The translations under genes and the position numbers were made by a program. Below are positions 50,460 through 59,125 of a stretch of DNA of 64,000 nucleotides, in pieces. The stretch lies in contig CAVVLJ010000016.1 of NCBI GenBank assembly GCA_963749075.1, positions 256,001-320,000 on the forward strand, given 5' to 3'. Source of the stretch: an uncultured Pseudomonadota bacterium. GTDB taxonomy: Bacteria; Pseudomonadota; Alphaproteobacteria; JACZXZ01. Numbering within the stretch: the stretch's first letter is position 1; the number at the start of each line of letters is the position of its first letter. Below the pieces are notes generated by a model that saw only the letters and a program-made list of their open reading frames with translations, was not told the origin of the DNA and ran no database searches.

Positions 50460-51304
50460 CGCTGCAGCGCTTCGGCGGGCGCCTGGGCGGCCTCGTCTGG
50501 CTCGCCCCGGCGCTCGCGGTCTTCGCCGTCTTCTATGCGATCCCGCTCGCGCGGATGATCTTCGTCGGCCTCGACGGCAGCCGCTTCGATCTCAAGAACT
50601 ACGCCTACCTCCTTCACGAGGACATTTATGCGACTGTACTGGCGATCACCTTCAAGATTGCCCTCTACGTCACGGTCAGCGCGCTCGCCGTCGGCTATCC
50701 CATCGCCTACTATCTCAGCCGCCTTCGCGGTCCGCGGCTCACCGTGGCCCTGGCCTTCGTACTGCTGCCCTTCTGGACGAGCGTGCTTGTGAGGAACTAC
50801 GCCTGGTACGCACTGCTCGCGCGCCAGGGGGTGATCAACGGGATTCTGGTCAAGCTCGGCCTGGTCGCGGCACCCCTGCCGCTCCTCTTCAACACGACCG
50901 GGGTCGTGATCGGGATGACCTACGTGCTCATCCCCTTCATGATCCTCTCGCTCTTCGCGGTCATGCGTAGCATCGATCCGCTGCACCTCCACGCCTCGGC
51001 AAGCCTCGGCGCCTCCGATCTCGAGACCTTCTGGCGCGTCTTTTTCCCCTTGAGCGTTCCGGGAGTCTGCGCCGGCTCGCTTCTCGTCTTCATCACGGCG
51101 ATCGGCTTCTTCATCACGCCGGCTCTCCTCGGAGGTGGGCGCGTCCCCATGATCGCCGTGCTCATCGAGAGCCAGGTCCGCGGCGTCCTCAACTTCGGCG
51201 TCGGTTCGGCACTCGGCACCCTTCTTCTCGCCATCGTCCTCGTCATCTACTACGCCTTCGACCGCCTGCTCGGGGTCGAGTACCTGTTCGGCGAGCAGCG
51301 CTGA
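50456..51304 (+). CDS. PotB-like ABC permease
   Basis: LLPFWTSVLVRNYAW, PFMILSL, FFITPALLGG. Confidence 0.9.
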   Translation: MTLQRFGGRLGGLVWLAPALAVFAVFYAIPLARMIFVGLDGSRFDLKNYAYLLHEDIYATVLAITFKIALYVTVSALAVGYPIAYYLSRLRGPRLTVALAFVLLPFWTSVLVRNYAWYALLARQGVINGILVKLGLVAAPLPLLFNTTGVVIGMTYVLIPFMILSLFAVMRSIDPLHLHASASLGASDLETFWRVFFPLSVPGVCAGSLLVFITAIGFFITPALLGGGRVPMIAVLIESQVRGVLNFGVGSALGTLLLAIVLVIYYAFDRLLGVEYLFGEQR

Positions 51305-52083
51305 TGGACGCCCTCGGCCGCCCGTCGGCGATGCTGCGCGGAATCGCCTTCGCCGGTTTCCTCTATCTCATCCTCCCCGTGGCCATCGTCGTTCCGATGT
51401 CGCTCAGCTCCTCACGCTATCTGGCGTTCCCGCCGCCGGGCTGGTCGACGGAATGGTACGCCAAGTTCGTTCACGACCCTCTATGGATCGGGGCCATGCT
51501 CAACAGCTTCGAGCTCGGCCTCCTCGTCGCCCTCGTCTCCGGGACGCTCGGGACGCTCGCCGCCTACGGGCTGGTGCGTCGGCGGGTGCCGGCGAGGCGG
51601 GCCATCACGGCCCTCCTCCTATCGCCGATGATCGTGCCGGTCATCGTCTCGGCGATCTCGCTCTACGGCTTCTATGTCTCGTTGGGGGTTGCCGGCGGAT
51701 TCCTCGGCATCGCCGCGGCCCATGTCGTACTCGCCATGCCGCTCGTCACCATCTCCGTGGCCGCGAGCCTGCGGCACCTCGACCCGGTCATCGAGCGCGC
51801 CGCCACGAGCCTCGGGGCCGGGCCGCTCCGCGTCTTCCTCGGCGTGACCCTGCCGAACATTCTGCCGGGCGTGCTTTCGGGCGCGCTCTTCGGCTTCATC
51901 ACCTCCTTCGACGAGCTCGTGATCGCCATGTTCGTGGGCGGCCAGACGATGACGCTGCCGCGCAAGATCTGGGAGGACCTCGTCGTGCTGATCGAGCCGA
52001 CCCAGGCCGCCGCGAGTGTGGTGCTGATCGCGATCTCGCTCGTGACCCTGGCACTTTGGGCTCTGCTCCAAAGCCGCAGATAA
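51304..52083 (+). CDS. PotC-like ABC permease
   Basis: FPPPGWS..WY, ERAATSLGA, FITSFDE. Confidence 0.9.
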   Translation: MDALGRPSAMLRGIAFAGFLYLILPVAIVVPMSLSSSRYLAFPPPGWSTEWYAKFVHDPLWIGAMLNSFELGLLVALVSGTLGTLAAYGLVRRRVPARRAITALLLSPMIVPVIVSAISLYGFYVSLGVAGGFLGIAAAHVVLAMPLVTISVAASLRHLDPVIERAATSLGAGPLRVFLGVTLPNILPGVLSGALFGFITSFDELVIAMFVGGQTMTLPRKIWEDLVVLIEPTQAAASVVLIAISLVTLALWALLQSRR

Positions 52084-52119
52084 TCCCGACCCGATGGCAA
52101 GCCGCAAGGACAAGCGCCC

Positions 52120-53214
52120 ATGAGGATCACCGCCGTAACCGCCATCCCCTTCCGCGCGCCCCGCAAGAAGACCTGGCACGCGGCCTTCGGCAACGTCGCG
52201 GAGTCCGAGTATGCCATCGTCGTCATCGAGAGCGACGAGGGCTTGCGCGGGATCGGAGAGATCGCGACGGTGTGGGATCGCCGCGGCATCTCCCAGGCGG
52301 ACGACGTGAACCGCCTGCTGGCGCCGCTTCTCGTGGGCAAGGACCCGCTTCGCCTCAACGAGCACTGCATCGCCATCGACCGGGCGCTCGGCCGCGGCAG
52401 CAATCCGGCCAAGGCGGGTGTCGACATGGCGCTATACGATCTCGCCGGCAAGCTCCTCGGCGTGCCCGTCCACCAACTCCTGGGCGGCAAGCTGCGCGAC
52501 GAGATGAAGCTCAGCTTCTCCATCGGCATGGCATCCGCGGACGAGATGGCGGAGGAGGCGGTGGAGCTGGCGGCGGCGGGCTTCGAGACGCTCAAGCTCA
52601 AGGCCGGCCTCGACCATCGAGCGGACCTTGCGGCACTCGAGGCCATTCGAAAGCGGCTCGGCGACGGCGTCACGCTCCGCCTCGACATGAACGCGGGCGT
52701 CACCAGCCCGAAGGATGCCCTCCGCTTCATCCGCGACTTCGAGGGCTTCGGTCTCGAGTTCGTCGAGCAGCCGGTGAAGGCAGCCGATATCGAGGGCATG
52801 GCCTTCGTCCGTGGGCGCTCGACCCTCCCGATCATGGCGGACGAGAGCGTGTGGGACAGCCGCGACGCGCTCACCGTCGTCAAGGCCGGAGCCGCCGATC
52901 TCGCCAACATCTACATCATGGAGGCGGGCGGCTTCCGCGAGGGGCACAAGGCGTTCCACGTCTTCGAGGCGGCGGCGATGCCGACGATGCTCGGCTCGAT
53001 GCCCGAGTTCGGTATCGGGACGGCCGCCCAGCTCCATCTCGGCGCCGTGGCGCCCAATCTCCTCGAGACCAACGACCTTTGCGGCTTCCTCTACCACGAG
53101 CGCGACATCGTGAAGGCCTCGCCCGTCGTCGAGCGGGGGCGCGTCCGCGTGCCGCAAGGCCCGGGCCTCGGCGTCGAGCTCGACGAGGAGCTACTTGCGC
53201 ATTGGAAGATCTGA
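52120..53214 (+). CDS. Enolase-superfamily enzyme, MLE subgroup
   Basis: DMALYDLAGK, KLK, LDMN, EQP, MADES, GPGLG. Confidence 0.9.
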   Translation: MRITAVTAIPFRAPRKKTWHAAFGNVAESEYAIVVIESDEGLRGIGEIATVWDRRGISQADDVNRLLAPLLVGKDPLRLNEHCIAIDRALGRGSNPAKAGVDMALYDLAGKLLGVPVHQLLGGKLRDEMKLSFSIGMASADEMAEEAVELAAAGFETLKLKAGLDHRADLAALEAIRKRLGDGVTLRLDMNAGVTSPKDALRFIRDFEGFGLEFVEQPVKAADIEGMAFVRGRSTLPIMADESVWDSRDALTVVKAGAADLANIYIMEAGGFREGHKAFHVFEAAAMPTMLGSMPEFGIGTAAQLHLGAVAPNLLETNDLCGFLYHERDIVKASPVVERGRVRVPQGPGLGVELDEELLAHWKI

Positions 53215-53246
53215 CCGGGGCATCGCGTGAGACGCGGAGTTCGGTG

Positions 53247-54041
53247 ATGGCAACGGCGCCGATCAGGGAGGGCGAGCTCCACTACGAAGTGCAGGGCAGC
53301 GGCCCGACCGTCGTCCTCGTCTCGGGGCTCGGCGGCCTGGGAAGCTTCTGGCACCGGCAGGTGCCGGCGTTGGCCGAGCGCTTCTCAGTGGTCACCTTCG
53401 ACCACCGCGGTAGCGGCCGCAGCAGCAAATCCCCCCCGCCCTACTCGATCGACGGCATGGTCGAGGACGTGCTGGCTCTGCTGGGCCGTCTCGGCCGCGG
53501 AAAGGTGCGCTACGTCGGGCACTCGACCGGTGGCGCCATTGGCCAGCGGCTGGCGGCACGGCATCCGGAACGGCTCGCTGCACTCGTCCTCTCCGCGACC
53601 TGGACGCACCCCGACGCGTATTTCCAGCGGCTCTTCCGGCTGCGCCGCGACGTGCTGCGCACCGCGGGCGGCGAGCTCTATGGCCGGCTTGCCACGCTCC
53701 TCGTCTACCCGTCCGAGTGGATCGCACGCCACAGCACGGAGCTCGAGGTGCCCGAGGCAAGACCTTGGAGCCCGTTGGACGTGGAAATTCTCGCCGCCAA
53801 AATCGAGGCGCTCCTCTCCTTCGACGCCCGCAGCGACCTGGCGGCGATCCGCTCGCCAACGCTCGTGCTGGCGGCCGAGGACGACGTGACCGTGCCGAGC
53901 TACTTCGCCCCGTCGCTTCAGGAGCACATCCCAGGCGCGCGTCTCCATCTCCTCCGGTCAGGCGGCCATTATTGCCCGATTACGCGGGCGGAGGAGTACA
54001 ACGCCGCGCTGCTGCGATTTCTGGAGACCGTCGCCGAATAA
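53247..54041 (+). CDS. Alpha/beta hydrolase (RutD-like)
   Basis: VLVSGLGG.GSFW..Q, DHRG.GRS, GHSTGG, AAEDD, GGH. Confidence 0.8.
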   Translation: MATAPIREGELHYEVQGSGPTVVLVSGLGGLGSFWHRQVPALAERFSVVTFDHRGSGRSSKSPPPYSIDGMVEDVLALLGRLGRGKVRYVGHSTGGAIGQRLAARHPERLAALVLSATWTHPDAYFQRLFRLRRDVLRTAGGELYGRLATLLVYPSEWIARHSTELEVPEARPWSPLDVEILAAKIEALLSFDARSDLAAIRSPTLVLAAEDDVTVPSYFAPSLQEHIPGARLHLLRSGGHYCPITRAEEYNAALLRFLETVAE

Positions 54042-54203
54042 TCTGTGAACCGGAGCATCGAGTTTCAACCGCGACTACCGCAATCATCGTTGACCGATCA
54101 TTCGTCAAGCAGCATGGGCGCCCGCACGCGAAGCAGTTGCCGGATGTACGGAGTGCACTATCGCTTGGCTACAGTATGGTCCGCCGCTTCCGCAACTGAC
54201 CGC

Positions 54204-54254
54204 ACTGAGTAGAAAATGCACCTTTCCCACTGAGTTGCCCTTTTCAGCCTGTCA
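54204..54254 (+). repeat. ACTGAGT-N18-ACTGAGT-N17-CA motif, copy 3
   Basis: Direct repeat of 19622-19672, between convergent operons. Confidence 0.6.
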
Positions 54255-54349
54255 CCGTTTCGGAAATCGGCCGAGAACTTAGCGCGGAGGTTCATCAGAG
54301 CTGGACATGGAGCTGCCGTCGGCCCGCGCGCCTCCTGAGCCAGCCACCG

Positions 54350-55666
54350 TCATGCGAGAAGTCGGTCCAGCTCATCGCGCAGTCGGTAATACCCGCCAAT
54401 CAACGGAAGGAACCAGGGATTGCCGTTGTAGAGCGGATGCTCGGGAAACTCGGGTGTATCGAAGGCGCAGCGGCAGTTCGCGGCGCCGACGATCTTGCGC
54501 GCCGTCTGATAGCCGAGATAGGTCATCATGGCGACGCCGCTGCCGTTGCAGCCAAGCGCGTAGTGCATGCCGTCGTCACGGCCCATGTGCGGTACCGCGT
54601 CGAGCGTGAAGGCGACGTTCCCGGTCCAGGCATGGGTGATGCGGACCCCGCGCAGCTGCGGGAAGCGCGCGAGCATGAAGCGGTGGAGGATCGGCGCGCT
54701 CGTCGCGGGCTCGACCGGCGTGAAGCGCGCCCGGCCGCCGAAGATGACGCGCTTGCCGTCCGGCGACATGCGGTAGTAGCAGAGCACGCGCCGCGTGTCG
54801 GAGAGCGTGCGACCCTTCGGAATGAGGCTCGCCGCAAGATCGGCGCTCAATTCCTCGGTGGCGATGATGTGGCTCGCGACCGGCACGAGCCGGCGCTTGA
54901 GGCGCGGCGTCGCGTCCCCGGTATAGCCGTTGGTCGCGATCACGACCTCGTCGGCCTCGACGGTGCCGCGCGCCGTCTCGAGGCGCCAGCGGGTGCCGAT
55001 CCGCTCGATCTTCCGCACCGGCGCACTTCCGCAAATTGCCACCTTGCGCCTCCGGGCCGCGGCCAGCAGCCCCTTGTAGTAGAGCGCCGGATGGAGCTTG
55101 GCGGAGCGCTCGACGACCATGCCGCCGTAATAGTAGTCGCTTGCGATCTCCTCCCTCTGCCGCTCGCGAGGCAGCATGGCGCAGCCGGAGTTGGCCGCCC
55201 GGTTGAGCTGCGCCACGCGGCCGGCGAGCGCTCGATAGTGCTTGGGAGTCCAGGCGCCGACGAACCGGCCGCGCTTCTCCCAGAAACAGTCGATGCTCTC
55301 GCGCGCGATGATGCGCTCGATGAGCGAGAAAGCGTCCGCGGCGTCCGAGATCAGGCGCTCGGCACGCTCGGAACCTGCGTCTATGGACTTGCCGGTGAAG
55401 CTCTTTCCCACGTTCACGCCGCCGCTCACCGCGCCGCCGCTCCGCGTGCTCGCACCGGAGCCGGGCTCGTTCGCCTCGATGACGGTCGCCTCGCAGCCAT
55501 TGTCGGCAAGCTCGATCGCCGCGGTGAGCCCCGCATAACCGCCGCCGACGATGGCGACCGCAGTGCGGCCGGGAAGCTCCCCTTCGGCGCCCTCGGAGGT
55601 CGGCCTCCAGGCCTCCCACCAATAGGGCATCGCCTTGAAGTCCGGATGAATGATGCCGTCGCGCAT
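54350..55666 (-). CDS. FAD-dependent oxidoreductase (DAO/PuuB-like)
   Basis: PYWWE, IVGGGYAG, GASTRSGG, ATNGYT, GCNGSGVA. Confidence 0.88.
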   Translation of the reverse strand: MRDGIIHPDFKAMPYWWEAWRPTSEGAEGELPGRTAVAIVGGGYAGLTAAIELADNGCEATVIEANEPGSGASTRSGGAVSGGVNVGKSFTGKSIDAGSERAERLISDAADAFSLIERIIARESIDCFWEKRGRFVGAWTPKHYRALAGRVAQLNRAANSGCAMLPRERQREEIASDYYYGGMVVERSAKLHPALYYKGLLAAARRRKVAICGSAPVRKIERIGTRWRLETARGTVEADEVVIATNGYTGDATPRLKRRLVPVASHIIATEELSADLAASLIPKGRTLSDTRRVLCYYRMSPDGKRVIFGGRARFTPVEPATSAPILHRFMLARFPQLRGVRITHAWTGNVAFTLDAVPHMGRDDGMHYALGCNGSGVAMMTYLGYQTARKIVGAANCRCAFDTPEFPEHPLYNGNPWFLPLIGGYYRLRDELDRLLA

Positions 55667-55687
55667 GCTCTCCTGCCTTGCCCCGCG

Positions 55688-56074
55688 CTATGACTGGTCG
55701 CGGGGCGTCACGCTGATCATGGTGGCGCGCGCCACCAGTTCCGCCGGCTCGACGATCTCCCACCGCCGCGGGACCCCGGCCGGCACCCCGGCCCTGATAT
55801 GGCGCCAAGCTTCGAGGCTGATCCGGCGCGAGCGGCGTCCCCGGGAGACCAACGTCGCGCGGATCTCGACATAGTCGCCCACGTGAAGCGGCATCAGGAA
55901 TTGGACGCCCTCATAGGCGGCCAGCAATCCCGCGCGTCCGCTCGCGCGCAGGCCGAGCTCGGTCGAGCAGTCGGCGAAGAGGCGCATGATCGTGGCCGCG
56001 GGGATGAGGTGGCTGCGGTGGTGCGTGTCCCGCGTGCCCAACCGCACGCGGAGCATCGACGCTGGTTGCGCCAT
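55688..56074 (-). CDS. Hotdog-fold protein, 3-aminobutyryl-CoA ammonia-lyase (Kal)-like, divergent copy
   Basis: LRVRL...DTH, RLFADCSTEL, GLLAAY...FL.P...GDYVE, G.RSRR..LEA. Confidence 0.7.
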   Translation of the reverse strand: MAQPASMLRVRLGTRDTHHRSHLIPAATIMRLFADCSTELGLRASGRAGLLAAYEGVQFLMPLHVGDYVEIRATLVSRGRRSRRISLEAWRHIRAGVPAGVPRRWEIVEPAELVARATMISVTPRDQS

Positions 56075-56109
56075 CTCGCGCCTCCTCCTTGCTGCCGACC
56101 GTCGGACGC

Positions 56110-56520
56110 TTACCCGCGCGGTGGCGCCTCTCGCGGCCGGACGCCGACCATGACCGCCTGGGCGACAAGCTCTGGCGGGTCATGAAAGACGCCGCCCGAG
56201 AGGCCGCCGCCGAGCTCCTTCGTCTCCATCGAGCGGCGCGCCTCGAGCTGCGTCCGCCGGGAGCGGTTCCCCTTGCTGAGCAGCTTCGCGCGAATCTCGA
56301 GGTAATCGCCGGCATAGACCGGCTTGAAGAACTCGGCCTTTTCATAGGCGGCGAGGTAGCCGTCGACGCCGTCCATGCGGATGCCGATCTCCGAGGCGCA
56401 ATCGGCGAAGAGCCGCAGAAGCGTCGCGGCGGGGATCAGGCCGTTGGGATAGTGCGTGTCGTGCAATCCGAGGCGTATCCTCAGATAACCGTCCGGTTCC
56501 TTGGTTTCCGTGCCTTGCAT
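56110..56520 (-). CDS. Hotdog-fold protein, Kal-like
   Basis: LRIRL..HDTHY.NGL, LFAD..SE...MDG.DG...AY...EF..PVYAGDYLE, GNRSR; SD GAGGGAGG. Confidence 0.78.
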   Translation of the reverse strand: MQGTETKEPDGYLRIRLGLHDTHYPNGLIPAATLLRLFADCASEIGIRMDGVDGYLAAYEKAEFFKPVYAGDYLEIRAKLLSKGNRSRRTQLEARRSMETKELGGGLSGGVFHDPPELVAQAVMVGVRPREAPPRG

Positions 56521-56543
56521 AGTCTCCTCCCTCATGGCGGCAG

Positions 56544-57416
56544 TCAGCCGAGGATGCGGTCGAGCAGCGCCTCGGCGTTCTTCTTGAGAAACTTCTCAAG
56601 GACCGTGTCCTTGAGCTCGAGCAACGGGATTTCCTCGAGCAGCCTGTCGTGCGACAGCATCGGCCAGTCGGAGCCGAACAGAATGCGATCCTGCAAGACC
56701 GAGTTCATGAAGTGCCGCATCGGCTGCCAGCCACCGTCGGGCGCGGCGAGATAGCGCGGTGCGATGGCGCCGAACTCGAGATAGACGTTGGGGTGCTTCC
56801 AGGCGACAGCGACCGCCTCGGCCGCCCAGGGCCAGCCGCCGTGGTTGCAGATGATGACGAGCTCGGGATAGTGGCAGGCGAGCTCGTCAACGAAACCCGG
56901 ATGGCCGTGCCGGATGGGGCTGTTGGTGGAGAAGTTGACGCCGACGTGAATGCCGACCGGGATACCAAGCTCGGCCGCCTTGGCATAGAGCGGCCAGCAG
57001 CGCTTGTCGGTGATGTCCATATTGAAGAAGTCCGCCATCATCGCGAGGCCGCGCAGTCCGAGCTCACTGTGGCAGCGGTTGATCTCCCGGATGGCCCCGA
57101 GGCCGTCGCGCGGGTCGGCGGCGCCGAAGCCGGCAACGAAGCAGTCGGGATCGCGGCGCATCACGGCAGCGGCGCGGTCGTTCGACGCCGCGGTATTTCC
57201 CGCCACCGGCTCCGATTGGACGACGGCCCGGATCTTGAGCCGGCGCAAGTCGGAGACGAGGCTCGCATGGGTGTGCTGGTCGCGGAATCCGGTGCCATAG
57301 ACCCGGTCGTAGCCGCCGAGCGTGGGCGCGCGGGCTGGCTGGGGGTCGGCGTCCGTCCAGCGCCAGGAGGGCTGGACGCGCATGTCAATTGCGGCAAGGC
57401 CGGCGGTTGCGATCAT
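56544..57416 (-). CDS. Amidohydrolase family 2 protein
   Basis: PLYAKAAELGIPVGIHVG, NHGGWPW, HPNVY, LFGSDWP, NAEALL. Confidence 0.88.
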   Translation of the reverse strand: MIATAGLAAIDMRVQPSWRWTDADPQPARAPTLGGYDRVYGTGFRDQHTHASLVSDLRRLKIRAVVQSEPVAGNTAASNDRAAAVMRRDPDCFVAGFGAADPRDGLGAIREINRCHSELGLRGLAMMADFFNMDITDKRCWPLYAKAAELGIPVGIHVGVNFSTNSPIRHGHPGFVDELACHYPELVIICNHGGWPWAAEAVAVAWKHPNVYLEFGAIAPRYLAAPDGGWQPMRHFMNSVLQDRILFGSDWPMLSHDRLLEEIPLLELKDTVLEKFLKKNAEALLDRILG

Positions 57417-58234
57417 GGCGCTTCTCCCTTGAGGCGCCGGGCCTCGAAGCGCAGGCGGACCAGCTCCGATGCGCCGAAGGCGAGCAGCACGAGGAGGAGT
57501 AGCAGCGTCGAGACCGCGGCGATGGTCGGATTGATCTCGGTCCGGAGGTAGTTGAACATGCGCAAAGGCAGTGTCGTGCCGGCGCCGCCGCCGATGAAGA
57601 TCACCATGATGATCTCGTCCCACGAGGCGATGAAGGCGAATACCGCCGCGGCGAAGATGCTGGGGTAGAGGACGGGCAACGTGATGCGGCCGAGCGTCCG
57701 CCACACCGAGGCGCCCATCGTGTAGGAGGCCTCCTCGAGGCGGCGGTCGACGCGCTGGAACCCCGCCACCATGAGAACGACGGTGAAGGGCAGCGCAAGG
57801 ATGGTGTGGGCGAGCACGATGCCGATGAAGCTGCCGACGAGGTGGAAGGTCACATAGACGCTGTAGACCGCGATCGCGACGACGATCGAGGGCACGATCA
57901 GGGGCGTCATCAGGATCGTGCGGATCACGCCGATGCCCGGAAACGGCATGCGCACGATCACGAACGCCGAGAGCGATCCGATGGCGACCGAGAGCACGAC
58001 GACGGTGCTCGCGATCTCGACGCTCAGGATCGTCGCGTCCATCCACTGCGGGTCCTCGAAGAAGTCCCGGTACCACTGGAGCGAGAAGCCCGGCGGCGGG
58101 AATTGCAGATAAAGGCCCGAGCTGAACGACACCGGAATGACGACGATCAGCGGGATGACGAGAAAGGCGAACACCCCGATGCAGTAGCTCCAGAGCAGGA
58201 GCTTCGGCAGCCGCGCTAGCCAGGACTCCGCCAT
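57413..58234 (-). CDS. PotC-like ABC permease
   Basis: FPPPGFSLQWY, LEEAS..MGA, FIASWDE. Confidence 0.9.
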   Translation of the reverse strand: MAESWLARLPKLLLWSYCIGVFAFLVIPLIVVIPVSFSSGLYLQFPPPGFSLQWYRDFFEDPQWMDATILSVEIASTVVVLSVAIGSLSAFVIVRMPFPGIGVIRTILMTPLIVPSIVVAIAVYSVYVTFHLVGSFIGIVLAHTILALPFTVVLMVAGFQRVDRRLEEASYTMGASVWRTLGRITLPVLYPSIFAAAVFAFIASWDEIIMVIFIGGGAGTTLPLRMFNYLRTEINPTIAAVSTLLLLLVLLAFGASELVRLRFEARRLKGEAP

Positions 58235-59097
58235 CACCTGGCCCCCACGTCGCGAAAGAGCCGGTCGAAGCCGAGCAGCCGGTCGTAGAGGACGAAGAGC
58301 CCGACGACGATGGCGATCAGGATGACCGCCATCGCGGTCCCTTCGCCCCAGTCGAGCAGCTGGATCTGCTGCTGGATGTAGACGGAGATCGTGGTTTCCT
58401 GCGGGCTGCCGAGGAGCGCCGGCGTGATGTAGAAACCCATCGCCAGAATGAAGACGAGAAGACAGCCGGCATAGACCCCGGGCAGCGAGAGCGGCAGATA
58501 GATGCGGAGGAAGGTCTGCCGCCAGCTCGAGCCCATGCTGCTCGCCGCCTCGATGAGGCTGCGGTCGATCCCGAGCATCGTGGAGTAGAGCGAGAGGATC
58601 ATGAACGGCAGGAGGTAATGGCTCATGCCGACGATCACCGCGAAGCGGTCGTAAAGCAGCGGCACCGGACGCGCGGTCAGATCGAGGCTGGCCAGCATCT
58701 CGTTGATGATGCCGTGGCGGCCGAGCAGCACCATCCAGGCATACATGCGAACGAGCAGGCTGGTCCAGAACGGCAGGAGGACCAGCATCATGAGGAGGTT
58801 CGCCCGCCGCCGCGGCAGCTGGCTGAGGAGGTAGCTGACCGGATAGGCGAGCAGGAGCGTCGCCACGGTGCACTGGGCCGAGATCTCCAGCGTCGTCTCG
58901 ATGATCTGCCAGAGCGTCGGATCGGTGACCGCCTCGACGTAGTTCCCGAAACCGGGCGACGGGTCGAAGAAGCTCTGCAGAAAGAGCCGGAACAGCGGAT
59001 AGAGGAAGAGGAGCACGATCAAGGCGATGCCGGGCGCGAGCAGGACGGCAGGCAGCAGCAGGCGGGCCTTGCCGCCCCGCGTCGCGTCGGCATGCAT
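58234..59097 (-). CDS. PotB-like ABC permease
   Basis: LLPFWTSLLVRMYAW, FYITPALLG; start uncertain (59097 or 59136). Confidence 0.9.
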   Translation of the reverse strand: MHADATRGGKARLLLPAVLLAPGIALIVLLFLYPLFRLFLQSFFDPSPGFGNYVEAVTDPTLWQIIETTLEISAQCTVATLLLAYPVSYLLSQLPRRRANLLMMLVLLPFWTSLLVRMYAWMVLLGRHGIINEMLASLDLTARPVPLLYDRFAVIVGMSHYLLPFMILSLYSTMLGIDRSLIEAASSMGSSWRQTFLRIYLPLSLPGVYAGCLLVFILAMGFYITPALLGSPQETTISVYIQQQIQLLDWGEGTAMAVILIAIVVGLFVLYDRLLGFDRLFRDVGAR

Positions 59098-59125
59098 GCT
59101 CTTCAGCCTCTCCCCGGAGCGGTCG

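Noticed and set aside
51453-54041. 862-aa ORF
   Set aside because: Only 53247-54041 is the hydrolase; the rest overlaps other genes out of frame
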